From Octopus bimaculoides (Eukaryota), in assembly GCF_001194135.2 (NCBI RefSeq), contig NC_068993.1, positions 11,740,844 to 11,780,958 of the forward strand: DNA of 40,115 nucleotides, given 5' to 3'. The notes beneath the pieces were generated by a model that searched no databases, was not told the DNA's origin, and saw only the letters and a list, made by a program, of their open reading frames with translations. The position numbers and the translations under genes are program-made. Position 1 is the stretch's first letter. The number at the start of each line of letters is the position of its first letter. Shown one piece after another: positions 28,283 to 40,060 of the stretch.

Positions 28283-28320
28283 CGTATACACAAATCGTAT
28301 ACACAAATCGTATACACAAC
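28283..28320. repeat. 13-bp tandem repeat CGTATACACAAAT x3
   Basis: Units start at 28283, 28296 and 28309. Confidence 0.9.
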
Positions 28321-28787
28321 ATATATTATAAGCACAAAGCCGGAGCTTCTACTAAATCCTGAAGCATTATGCTATTCGACGTGGAACAATATACAACAGC
28401 AAAGGAATATGTTCCATGATATACATTTATATAGAATGCTATACGTATTTACTACATGTCATATCCTAATTAGCCTTTTTGGTTATACACCGCTGGGCCA
28501 ATTTTCTTATTCCATGTAATTTGATATATACGCAATTTTTTTCAAAGAGAAACGTTTTTAAAACCATTTTTATATTATAATATGTCCAGATATTCTATAT
28601 TTCTATTTACATTTATATAAATATTAAAAGCTAAATGTCAGAAAATAACTTTCAAATATGCCGTGGATTGTTTTGCGTGAAAGGAACTAATCCAGACAAA
28701 AAAAAATATACTCATATATAAACATGAATATAGTCAAATGATATCACTGTTGATAAATATCATTTCATTTTACTGGCTATAGATACA

Positions 28788-28863
28788 TGTACACACACAC
28801 ACACACGCACACACTCACGCACACGCACGCGCAGACACACGCACACACATACATATGTATATA

Positions 28864-28924
<61 letters not shown>

Positions 28925-29062
28925 ATAAATGCACATATATATAAGTATTTTATATATATGCATATGTATTTACATACATACAAACATGCACATATACATA
29001 CATACATATATACATACATACTTACACACATACAAACATACCTACATACATACATGCATATA

Positions 29063-29098
<36 letters not shown>

Positions 29099-29115
29099 CA
29101 TGCATACATATATAT
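28788..29115. repeat. Compound CA/TA/TACA microsatellite
   Basis: Directly visible. Confidence 0.93.
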
Positions 29116-29479
29116 GAGTTTCTTTACTGAGAAACACGGATGTAAAATTCTCAATAAAAGAGACAAACCGAAAAATATAAATCAAAGAACAATATATTAG
29201 AAAAGATTATGATTGAAACCAATACTAAGAACATCGTTGTCATTGATGAATGGCGACTTTAATCTCATACATATGGAAATATGTAGCATAATATAGAATA
29301 TAATGAAAACATTTATTTTTGTTTTCTCTATATTCGCCATATTACATTTTATATTCACTATCAATCGAGATTTCCATTATTTATAGGTTTCAAAATTAGG
29401 TTAGGAGACCAATTCTGCATAGAAGGAAATTCATCTTTCGAACCCATATGAAAAATAATGCATGCATATGCGTAATGGT

Positions 29480-30360
29480 ACATACATATATACATACATA
29501 CATACATACATATATACATACATACATACATATATACATACATAGATACATACATACATATATATATATATATNNNNNNNNNNNNNNNNNNNNNNNNNNN
29601 NNNNNNNNNNNNNNNNNNNNNNNNNNNNNNNNNNNNNNNNNNNNNNNNNNNNNNNNNNNNNNNNNNNNNNNNNNNNNNNNNNNNNNNNNNNNNNNNNNNN
29701 NNNNNNNNNNNNNNNNNNNNNNNNNNNNNNNNNNNNNNNNNNNNNNNNNNNNNNNNNNNNNNNNNNNNNNNNNNNNNNNNNNNNNNNNNNNNNNNNNNNN
29801 NNNNNNNNNNNNNNNNNNNNNNNNNNNNNNNNNNNNNNNNNNNNNNNNNNNNNNNNNNNNNNNNNNNNNNNNNNNNNNNNNNNNNNNNNNNNNNNNNNNN
29901 NNNNNNNNNNNNNNNNNNNNNNNNNNNNNNNNNNNNNNNNNNNNNNNNNNNNNNNNNNNNNNNNNNNNNNNNNNNNNNNNNNNNNNNNNNNNNNNNNNNN
30001 NNNNNNNNNNNNNNNNNNNNNNNNNNNNNNNNNNNNNNNNNNNNNNNNNNNNNNNNNNNNNNNNNNNNNNNNNNNNNNNNNNNNNNNNNNNNNNNNNNNN
30101 NNNNNNNNNNNNNNNNNNNNNNNNNNNNNNNNNNNNNNNNNNNNNNNNNNNNNNNNNNNNNNNNNNNNNNNNNNNNNNNNNNNNNNNNNNNNNNNNNNNN
30201 NNNNNNNNNNNNNNNNNNNNNNNNNNNNNNNNNNNNNNNNNNNNNNNNNNNNNNNNNNNNNNNNNNNNNNNNNNNNNNNNNNNNNNNNNNNNNNNNNNNN
30301 NNNNNNNNNNNNNNNNNNNNNNNNNNNNNNNNNNNNNNNNNNNNNNNNNNNNNTATATAT
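29480..30360. repeat. (TACA)n/(TA)n flanking gap 29574-30353
   Basis: Directly visible. Confidence 0.9.
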
Positions 30361-30654
30361 ATATCTGTATATGAATCAGTGTATGTTCGTGTTGATTCAT
30401 GTGTACGTCTCAGTGTATCCTTATACGAATGAATGTATTTTTGTGTATTGTTTTGTTTCCATTAACATATTATTTCGGATATAAATGTGAAACTGGGTGA
30501 AAATAATAAATGATAATTTAATGGGATGAGAAGTCTATGGTTTTTGAAGTAGAATGAGAATGGCAGCATATAGAGATATACATCTGGAACGATATATGAG
30601 TAATAGAATTCATATTGCAATTTCTCTTCATAATGGTTTAAAATGTTGGCAGAA

Positions 30655-30848
30655 AGCCAGTCATTTCGGGAAAGGGGTATATTGTTTATATCTACCCTAG
30701 TACTCAACTGATACTCATTCTATCGACCCCGAAAAGATAAAAGACGAACTCGACCTCGGTGAGATATGAACATGGAACGTAAAGAGAAGCGAAATGCCGC
30801 TAAGCAGTTAACCAGGTTTTTGCAAAATTCTGCTGACTTACCGCCCTT
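30655..30848 (-). mobile_element. tRNA-derived SINE (GGCGGCGAG-head family)
   Basis: TATCGACCCCGAAAAGATAAAAG..TCGACCTCGG..GAACGTAAAG..GAAATGCCGCTAAGCA..ATTCTGC..CCGCC. Confidence 0.85.
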
Positions 30849-30884
30849 TATTTCTCTTACTACTACTGTTGAATAGTATTGCTC

Positions 30885-31020
30885 TTAAGGCCGGCAGCTC
30901 TTGCGATGAAATGTATTATATCACGCTCAATAATTTGATTGGTAGATCAATCTCGGATGATTAGAAGTTAACGTCAACCTTTGCTGTATTTTAACTCAGA
31001 GGGTAATGGTGCAGAATAAC
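30885..31020 (-). mobile_element. Very diverged partial copy of the same SINE family
   Basis: TAAGGCCGGCAGCT (tail-like)..TGGTA..GATGA..AACGTCAACCTT..ATTTTAACTCAGA. Confidence 0.45.
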
Positions 31021-31028
31021 TATCACCT

Positions 31029-31041
31029 AGTAGTAATAGTG

Positions 31042-31072
<31 letters not shown>

Positions 31073-31073
31073 C

Positions 31074-31119
<46 letters not shown>

Positions 31120-31135
31120 ATAGTAGTAGTAATAG
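31029..31135. repeat. (TAG)n/(TAA) microsatellite
   Basis: Directly visible. Confidence 0.95.
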
Positions 31136-31139
31136 CCAA

Positions 31140-31538
31140 TTCCTAACAAAAACGATCTTGAAATAGAAATTAGCAAAATGTGGTACCTGAAGACTAAAAC
31201 AATACCCGTTGTCATAGTTGCCCTAGGAATGATAACAAAAAGGGCTGATTGCTACCTAGCTCAGATACCAGGAAACCCCAAAATGGCAGACATTCAAAAG
31301 ATAGTGCTCATGGGAACTGACCATATCCTATGCAAAATACTTTCTATGTAATCTCAATTTTTTAAACAAACACGTAATTTTCTTATGGTTTCTTAAACAT
31401 TCTCTAGAACAACACTATGTACAAAACCAAAAATATGGCACCCGAGGCATAACACTAATATGAACTTCTAACTCGTTGTCTCTGAGTGAGCGAAGTTGTA
31501 TGAATGTAAAGCAAAAGTCAAACATGAAATAATAATAA
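31140..31538 (+). mobile_element. 5'-truncated RLE-type (R4/Dong-like) LINE: C-terminal end of the endonuclease region, 3'UTR and (TAA) tail (family A)
   Basis: The open frame 31148-31351 reads KNDLEIEISKMWYLKTKTIPVVIVALGMITKRADCYLAQIPGNPKMADIQKIVLMGTDHILCKILSM*. This fits the R4-type terminus KYxDLxxEIxxxW..PVVxGALG..IQKxxLLGTAHILR. About 180 bp of UTR follow, ending in AATAATAATAA. Confidence 0.88.
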
Positions 31539-31599
31539 ATTGATGGCATGCACTGCTCTCTCACTCAATAATGGTAATAATAATAATAATAGTAATAAT

Positions 31600-32010
31600 A
31601 AAGTGGTACGAAGGCATCATTGAAAATGATAATGGTGGATTATACATATAGCATGCCCAGCTGACAACAAGTTATGCGATAAAGAAAAAAAAAACGTTGA
31701 AAGATATAGCAGGTTAGCTTGGGATGTTAAGCAGTTATGATAACTGCAAAAGGTGGTAGTAATAACAATAATTGTCGGGACCCTAGGAACAGTGAGTAAA
31801 AATCTTGTGACGTATATGTAAAAAAGAGGGGCTGCAATAAGGGTGAAGCACTTGCAGAAAACAGCACTGCTTGGAAGCACTCTAATACTCCAGATGGCGC
31901 TCGAAAACTAAGGGGTGTTACCTTACTTCATTTGTAGTGAACAGCTGACACCGTAGTACATCTTCAGCGTTAGAAGGTGTGCAAAGGTAATAATATAATA
32001 ATAAAAATAA
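31600..32010 (+). mobile_element. 5'-truncated RLE-type (R4/Dong-like) LINE 3' end (family B), with stops and an internal deletion
   Basis: KWYE-GIIENDN, then 31636-31911 WIIHIACPADNKLCDKEKKNVERYSRLAWDVKQL**LQKVVVITIIVGTLGTVSKNLVTYM*KRGAAIRVKHLQKTALLGSTLILQMALEN*. A short UTR and TAA-like tail follow. The expected PD catalytic segment is absent. Confidence 0.85.
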
Positions 32011-32014
32011 TAAG

Positions 32015-32400
32015 TAAGTCAGGTCATCGTCAAGCTACTGCTGAACATGAACAGAGCGAGGAGTTTAAAATGAAAGTGGAACAACAGATTGTTGTTCGGA
32101 AGGTGTATTAGGAGCAAACCAGAGAAAATATTATATAGGAAAAGTTTGTTAGAGTTCTGGAAAACTAATATCAGAATGAACAAAGTTTGGCTGATCAAAT
32201 CAAGCAAATTAAGACTAACATATGGATAGAGAAGATGGAAGAAGAGGTGATAATAATGACAGGGAGAAAAGAACTACAATAAACTACAGGTCCACTAGAA
32301 ATTCACATAAAACAAGAGATTCGACAAGGCTGGGACATAGAGGGCGGGAATCTGGAATATACAGAATATATTAGTGTACTACGAAATACAGAGGCACCGG
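32015..32400 (+). mobile_element. Decayed N-terminal ORF region of an R4/Dong-like LINE
   Basis: Frames give KWNNRLLFGRCIRSKPEKILYRKSLLEFWK and, after a shift, NEQSLADQIKQIKTNIWIEKMEEEVI. These resemble the remembered N-terminal motif W..CYxRSxP...YRKRMxxxW...EQRLADQxRxIxxNxWL. Confidence 0.55.
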
Positions 32401-32436
32401 AAGAAATTATCCCGAACTAGCTAATAATAATAATAA

Positions 32437-32570
32437 CAAAGGTTTCAAATTTTGGCAAAAGATTTGCACTTTCAACGCAATGGAATAGCAGATGACATCG
32501 AACCTAATGTTCAGCTTGTACTTACATTACCGTTCCCAAAGTGATGAAACGCGAAGTCGGCTTTTGTATT
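32437..32570 (-). mobile_element. Diverged 3' part of the GGCGGCGAG-head SINE with its (TAA)n tail at 32422-32436
   Basis: AAAGGTTTCAAATTTTGGCAAAAG..ACATCGAACC..AGCTTGTACTTA..GATGAAACGCGAAGTCG. Confidence 0.6.
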
Positions 32571-33044
32571 CTGTCCACAAAGACAAACTTGTCATAGCGG
32601 ATAAGAAACGAGATTCTAAAATGATATAAATAAATATACGTTTGTATTTACATCGATTCTACTAACCACATTCCTCTGAAAACTATTAATATTAAAGTAT
32701 ATAAGAATAAATATTAGAAAAACCAATTTAAATACTAGCAGATAAAATCTCATGGATTTTATTGAAGAGACATCAATCTATTTCTCCCCTTTATTATAGG
32801 TCAATATATTCGATATAAACCAATCAGTATTTTCGTGTTTGATCATATTTGTGGGATTATCTTCCGTTGATTAATTCGCAAAATGATTGATTTATATTAT
32901 AGTACTGTTTATAGAATCGAAATGTGTATAAAATTTTCGAAAGTAAATGAAAAACAAAACTTATTTTCTCCATCACAAGAAGAAATGATTATTATTTATT
33001 GTCCGTTCCTCTATATGCATATCAATCATTATTCATTTATCACA

Positions 33045-33064
33045 CAGACACACACACACAGAGA

Positions 33065-33121
<57 letters not shown>

Positions 33122-33125
33122 GCGC
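33045..33125. repeat. CA/TA/TATG microsatellite
   Basis: Directly visible. Confidence 0.9.
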
Positions 33126-34379
33126 GTGTATGTTTTGGGTATTTCTGCGTATATAAATTGGCATATCAACGCTCAAATTGCACAAAAATAACTGGCGTTT
33201 AAACATCTAGGTGTACTTTGGAATATCAAAAAAGTCTGTATGGAGAAGAGAGGCATTATAATTCACGCATCATTTTTTTTTTATGTGCAGTTTCATATTT
33301 TCCTGAATACACGTAGAAAAGGAAATAAAGGAAGCAAAATTGGTGATAAACTAATTTCCTTGCTCCGGTGATGGGTTATTTATGTTCAATAAAGCACTGC
33401 GAGCAAAGTTTGGGAAAATCTTTCAAAGTCATCATCATCGTCGTCGTCTCCGTCGACGTTATCTCTGTCGTCGTCATCTTCATCTACATCTTGTATTATT
33501 TTTAATGTTATACATAATTATATATATACATTCATACACACGCACACACACACACAGACACACACACACGCACACATACATGCACACATATATATACATG
33601 TATCTGGGAAGCATTATGGAGAATACTGCAGTCCTATACTCAATTGAATGACTGAAATTTATTAACAAATATACGGCATTACTTCTAATTCTTCGTATGT
33701 TATATATATATATATATTATGCCGACGCTATACTATTTGACATCTCTTTCACAAACTTAGACATTTATCTGCTTTGCACTTTATATACAAGCAGTGTATT
33801 TTAGTGCAAAATTAACGAGTCATTTATTATTGAATGGATTGATTCTGCAGAGGAAATATGACTAAATAATTTTCTACTTTTATCTAATGGAAGAAAGTAC
33901 ATTCTCGAAACGTTCGGTGGTGTCGTGGAATATAATCGTCAATCATTACTTTCTTTCTGATTTATTTATTAATTTCCGTTCGGTTATTAGCCATTTATCT
34001 TTCAGATAAGATGCAAATGAAGGCACACATTCTTAAAAGTAGATAATGACATCTATGAATACATATACAAATAAGACCCAATATTAATACGGATCATACT
34101 CAGACAGTTAGTCCAGTAATCCTAATTTTCTACGGATGTAATTCCGTCAAATTGATTGAAAATATTTTAATATTAGTACTGAAATATATCGAATGATATT
34201 TAGTTCCACAATGACTGTCATGACTATGAAATAAAATATCAAAAAAAAAAACTAAAGACAATTATCATTTCTATCGGAGTCAGACAATTGCACGTTGCGA
34301 TTCGTAGCGGATAAAATGCCATGGTATCTATGCGTCATGTGACCTTAAAACATAATGTTAAGTAATTAAACGGCTCATA

Positions 34380-34540
34380 TAGCAAACTGTTCGACCATAC
34401 TTGTTAACATTGCTGCAAGGTCACATATATAGTAGCGCAAATATTCGACTGAAACATCTGGGCCTGATGCTCTGCTTCCTTTTTTATGAAACGGTATATC
34501 TTGTATCCCCATGCTTGAAAATGTAGATTCGTTTGGAAAA
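34380..34540 (-). mobile_element. Possible decayed LINE fragment at the start of the RT domain
   Basis: ORF 34375..34593 contains FSSMGIQDIPFHKKGSRASGPDVSVEYLRYYICDLAAMLTSMVEQ, resembling KxGKAxGPDGIxxExLK..LxxxLxxLF. No downstream NYRPISL motif was seen. Confidence 0.35.
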
Positions 34541-35946
34541 TTTATAAATGATCTCTGTATGAAAACTAATAACATCCGCTTTGGCATTGTCATAATTTAC
34601 GTAAGCATTCTACTTGTCAAAACACCGTTATCTTTCAATTACAAGTGGTGTTTGTCATCTCTTATTTCTCCGAGTAAGCAGAGCGTTAAACTAACCCGAT
34701 AGTGAGATGTCTACTGACCCATTTTAGAATATAATCCAAGTTCTTTACTTGAATCTCCAAATGAATAACACTTCTAGTCATTAAGATGCATTGTATTCTC
34801 TATTTTTTTTCAAAAATATTATTTCAGTTTTGCCTGCACATTACGAAAGTGTTGCCATAACTCTTCCATATTTTAGACCGTCATGTAAACATGTATATAC
34901 ATATATATACTTTCACACGACGGCTGTTATGACTAAAACATCGAATTTATGTGGTCTTAGCATCTACAATTTATTGTATATTTATGATGCGACAGTGCAT
35001 GATTGGAGGGATAATCAGTGACTGTTTTTAATAATTTGTGTACACTGAGTTTTCTGTATATATTTTATTGTAGCTGTTATGTTTTTGATTGGTAAACGTA
35101 GCCACTGAGATTGTTGCAGGTGTTACTGAAAATGCTTTAATATTTCAGACCTTTTTTCCTAAAAGAATTGCAAGAATCAGTAGAATATCAGACAGAATTT
35201 TAATTTTTTTTTTATATGCGTTTCTTTCTTTTCAAAAAGCTATGACTTTCATAATTCGAGTGAAGGAAATAGGTATGAATCAAATATTGTACTTCACTTA
35301 TTGCATCTGCTTTAGGTCTGAGTATGCATGGGTATGGTAGAAATTATTGTAATTTTTAGCATTTTTGTTAATATTGAACTAAATATACTATATAAGAAAA
35401 TTGCCCACATGACACGATTGTATATCCATTAATATTTTAAGGAGACGGCTTCCAAAACTGATTGCAGGGATCAACAATGTCACCGCAGGAACAATGTTGC
35501 AGGAATAATCTGTCATTTACGCTGACCCCATTAAGCGACGACTATGAAAAATAGAGATATTTTTAATTTCAAGTTTATCTGGTAATATTCTCAGAAATTA
35601 GTGGTAGGGCAATCTCAAAATTCATGCAGTTAAATAGTCAAACATGTTTTCTAAAGACAATTATATGAATAAAATATATGTCATTGCCGTAAATATAACC
35701 TCAAAATCTTATGTAATCAGGAAAGATTGGGTGTGCAGTTAAATGTACGACTACTGGTGCATGAGTTAAAGGACCAAGTGGATCACCATCATCTAGTCGG
35801 TGACTAGTATAGTGCTTAGTCAGCCACAGTTTTTAGTCGTCCCTTTGGTGATCCGATGCAGATTGGCATCGAAATGCACTTGGAATGCAGGATTCGAAAC
35901 GCCTACAGTGATGTAACGGATATAAGAAATAAATTATTTTAATTTC

Positions 35947-35949
<3 letters not shown>

Positions 35950-35990
<41 letters not shown>

Positions 35991-36094
35991 NNNNNNNNNN
36001 NNNNNNNNNNNNNNNNNNNNNNNNNNNNNNNNNNNNNNNNNNNNNNNNNNNNNNNNNNNNNNNNNNNNNNNNNNNNNACACACACATACACACG

Positions 36095-36127
<33 letters not shown>

Positions 36128-36130
36128 GTA
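35950..36130. repeat. (TA)n/(CA)n flanking gap 35991-36077
   Basis: Directly visible. Confidence 0.9.
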
Positions 36131-36139
36131 CATATAAAC

Positions 36140-36192
36140 CGAAGTTAATCGTTTTGTCAGGCGTACAAACTATTTCGTCAGCTGTCCGCCTT
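36140..36192 (-). mobile_element. Head fragment of the GGCGGCGAG-head SINE
   Basis: CGTTTTGTCAGGCGTACAAACTATTTCGTCAGCTGTCCGCCTT resembles the head end of the other copies. Confidence 0.45.
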
Positions 36193-36199
36193 CAACTAA

Positions 36200-36422
36200 T
36201 AATCATTTCTATTAAAACCACAGGGCCTGACATTTTGCAGAAGGCAGATAGACGACCACATCGATCCCAGTGCTCGACTGGTACTTATTTCATGGAATCC
36301 CCGAATGGAAGAAAGAGAGATAATTCGACCTAAGACGAAGTTGAATGCACGAACATTAAGACAAAACAATTGCTGCTAAGCAGATTGCTCGGTTGCTTAA
36401 GTAGACTGCTAGCGCGCCGCCT
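36200..36422 (-). mobile_element. tRNA-derived SINE (GGCGGCGAG-head family), diverged full length
   Basis: Tail AATAATCATTTCTA..CACAGGGCCTGACATTTTG, body ACATCGATCCCAGTGCTCGACTGGTACTTATTT, head CTGCTAGCGCGCCGCCT. Confidence 0.8.
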
Positions 36423-36999
36423 ATAAAAATCACCTGATAGTACTAAAACTTTCAGCTCAACAAGTTAATGTAATTTATATTGTTGCGAGGTGTGTCTGAT
36501 GAATATCTGACATGTCTCAAACAAAGAGTTAATATTAAGACCACTACCACATCTACCAGACACGGGTTATCGGGCTGCACGTTACTTGATGTAAATAATT
36601 AAACAGATAGTGTCCCTTAAATACAAGGGGATTATATTTCACCATTATTTTTGATGAAATTATATTATCTATACTTAATTTCCTCAGAAAATAAAGACGA
36701 ATATGTTTAAAGTCATATACTGAAAAATAAAGGCGTGATAAATATCAACGGATATTAAAAATGTATAAGATTAAAATAAAACAAATACAAATAGAATGAA
36801 GCAGACATTTATTAGGAAAAAAAAGACAACAGATAAAAAAAAATTAATTTTTGACATTTGTTTCCTTTATAACAATTGAAAAGAAAATTTTAATTATAAA
36901 AGTGAAGTTCATCGTAGACATATCCGAACAATTAATATTGATGTTTAAAATCAGAGATGTCTGTGAAAATGGATAGAAATAATGACTGTGAAAAATGTA

Positions 37000-37597
37000 C
37001 ATATACATACATATATGTGTGTGTGTGTGGGCACACGTGTCTGTGTGTGCGTACGTATATATAAGGACACACACACACATATNNNNNNNNNNNNNNNNNN
37101 NNNNNNNNNNNNNNNNNNNNNNNNNNNNNNNNNNNNNNNNNNNNNNNNNNNNNNNNNNNNNNNNNNNNNNNNNNNNNNNNNNNNNNNNNNNNNNNNNNNN
37201 NNNNNNNNNNNNNNNNNNNNNNNNNNNNNNNNNNNNNNNNNNNNNNNNNNNNNNNNNNNNNNNNNNNNNNNNNNNNNNNNNNNNNNNNNNNNNNNNNNNN
37301 NNNNNNNNNNNNNNNNNNNNNNNNNNNNNNNNNNNNNNNNNNNNNNNNNNNNNNNNNNNNNNNNNNNNNNNNNNNNNNNNNNNNNNNNNNNNNNNNNNNN
37401 NNNNNNNNNNNNNNNNNNNNNNNNNNNNNNNNNNNNNNNNNNNNNNNNNNNNNNNNNNNNNNNNNNNNNNNNNNNNNNNNNNNNNNNNNNNNNNNNNNNN
37501 NNNNNNNNNNNNNNNNNNNNNNNNNNNNNNNNNNNNNNNNNNNNNNNNNNNNNNNNNNNNNNNNNNNNNNNNNNNNNNNNNNNNNNNNNNNNNNNNN

Positions 37598-37660
<63 letters not shown>
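37000..37660. repeat. TG/CA microsatellites flanking gap 37083-37597
   Basis: Directly visible. Confidence 0.9.
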
Positions 37661-37662
<2 letters not shown>

Positions 37663-37914
37663 CATATATATGTACAAAAACTGGTGATGTCTGAAATATC
37701 TGACGATGAAAATTCGAGTTTAAATCATAATGAAAGAAATCACAGATTAATAAAACCAACAAATATAGAATGAAATTATATAATATATTTGTTGAGGATG
37801 TCCTTCCACTCTACGGATTATTAGCATCCCCTTTGCACAATGATGGAAAATACTCTATGTTTTTTCTAAAGCTGGTAAGCTCAAGGAAAATTCCTTGTTA
37901 ATATTAGGTTAGTA

Positions 37915-38027
37915 AATGCGGAGATCTAGCGGAATCGTTAGCAAAACAGGCGACATTGTTGGAGCCATTTCGTCCGTCTTTTGCGTACTGATTACAAACT
38001 CCGTCGAGGTCGATAAAGTAAGTATGA
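37915..38027 (+). mobile_element. tRNA-derived SINE (GGCGGCGAG-head family) with internal deletion
   Basis: GCGGAATCGTTAGC..CATTTCGTCCGTCTTTTGCGT..CTCCGTCGAGGTCGATAAAGTAAGTA. Confidence 0.72.
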
Positions 38028-38179
38028 AACCAATATTGTGTTAGTAAATGTACATACCATGAAGTCTATCTATGAACAAGCAATTATATCCAACGGCTTT
38101 TACTGTTTGTTAGTAAAAGACGTTATCATAGATAATCACTTTTCGTTATTCTGAGTCATAAAACACTCATATTTTTTTG

Positions 38180-38470
38180 ATTATCGGACACACAAAGTAC
38201 GAGCACGAGTTACTGCAAGGGGATGCGGACGGGGACGGAGACGGGCCTGATTGACGCCTTCGCCAGTCGACGGTCGTTTTCGCTGAAGCTTCGAGAACGT
38301 GCCGGAACGAGGCGGATATCGCCGGAGAAGGATGTGCAGGAGAAAGGGAAAAGTAGGCGAGCTCGAGGTCGAGCACGAGCACGTCCATGTGCACACGTCT
38401 GCTCCCACCGGGCGCTCGGCGTTTTCTACCATCTTCCGGAAGTGCCCCGCAGCTTAGCAATCGTTCGGAA
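38180..38470. promoter_or_regulatory. CpG-rich island with palindromic ETS site and overlapping YY1-like motif; possible promoter or TE 5' region
   Basis: Abrupt GC/CpG-rich block in AT-rich DNA. CCATCTTCCGGAAGTG at 38429-38444 contains CCGGAAGTG (ETS consensus) and, on the minus strand, AAGATGG, whose ATG opens ORF 38181..38432. Confidence 0.4.
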
Positions 38471-38732
38471 AATCATTCTTATGTATTTTTTCAACCCCAT
38501 TGTGTCCAGAAGACACTGTATCAACGCACGGCAAAAATACACATTTTGAGACTGAACAAGTTAGTGCACCTATCCTAGAGGGTGTCCAGACAATGAACTT
38601 CGTTAAATATACAAATCACGAAATGTAGCGTTCGATTACGTGCCCCGATTTCCTTTGTAAGAGTTTGAACCAACTTTGTCATGCGTATACATACACAACA
38701 ATATATATATATATATATATACATATATATAG

Positions 38733-39010
38733 TAAGGTAATGAGTTCGATTCTCGGCCACACATTGTGTCTTGGAGCAAGACACATTATTTCATGTTGCT
38801 CCACTCCACTCAGCTGGCACAAATGAGTAGCACCTGTATTTCAAAGAGGCAGCCTTGTCACACTGTATTAAACTTAATGTCCCTGAGAACTACGTTAAGG
38901 GTACACGTGTCTGTAGAGTGCTCAGCCACTTGCACGTTAATTTCACGAGCAGGCTGTTCCGTTGGTCGTATCAGCTGGGAGCCTCGTCGTCGTAACCGAC
39001 GAAGTGTTCC
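38733..39010 (+). mobile_element. tRNA/CORE-like SINE lacking the A-box part
   Basis: B box GAGTTCGATTC, central GAGCAAGACAC..TTATTTCATGTTGCTCCA..CTCAGCTGG..AAATGAGT, and tail ACCTGTATTTCAAAG..GAGAACTACGTTAAGGGTACACGTGTCTGT..CGTCGTCGTAACCGAC. Collinear with 7334-7644. Confidence 0.9.
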
Positions 39011-39822
39011 TATGACTTGTATGAATACGTGCAAACACGTATAAAATCTCTGTTCATATTCGTGAGCATAAATGTATCAATAAAACTCGAAAACCTAACG
39101 ATGGCTTCGCTGACAATTTGATATTCCTGCGAAAAACTTGTACCCGTTTATCAATATTTTATAAACAAAAGATAAAATGAAAAAAGAAGAAAGAAAAATG
39201 AAAACAGAAATAAAAAAAAAGAATCAATGTTTTCTTTAAGTTGTCTTGCTAGACTACATGTCTACGTATCATTATAATATATATTTACTACACGTTTGTT
39301 GAAAATATATAACAAAACGTAAAGAAACAGAAAGGAAAAATATAAAAAAAAACACATTGCGCTTAAGCAATAAGAACCCTCTGTTTCTAAGTGTTCATTA
39401 CATCATTGCTGTCTACATAAAGAGAATAACAACAAGAAAAATAAATGAAAACGAAAAATATAATACACCATAAACGACTTTAACAATGTGACATAGTATC
39501 AGAATGATAGCGGATGCCATATGAGACTTTTCCGGGGAATTGCATAAAAATACTATCAGCTTAGGACATCGCATTCTGCAAGTTATGATATATTTTCCTT
39601 TATCTTCGTTGTTTTGATCGATGCTTGCTATAAAAAGGCTCTACTGGGGCTCATGTAATACAATAAAGAAAAACTATAAAAGGATAAAAAAAAGACGCTG
39701 TTGCTTTCCTGTTTGAAGAAATACCGAGATTGTTATAACAAAAACAAAAAAAAAGGAAGTTCTATCCATTTGAGATGAATGTCTTTATAATGCATAGGAT
39801 TATAGGCATATGCATGTAAATA

Positions 39823-39882
<60 letters not shown>

Positions 39883-39892
39883 GTCTATCTAA

Positions 39893-39951
<59 letters not shown>

Positions 39952-40060
39952 CCTATCTATCTATTTATCTACCTAAATATCTATGTATTTATCTATCCAT
40001 TCTCTCTATCTCTCTCTCTCTCTCTATCTATCTATCTCTCTCCCGCTCACTCTGTATATA

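Noticed and set aside
35840-35895. GATGC/GCATC stem followed by GAAA and a TGCA stem (hammerhead-like)
   Set aside because: The CUGANGA core and the UH cleavage site are both missing.
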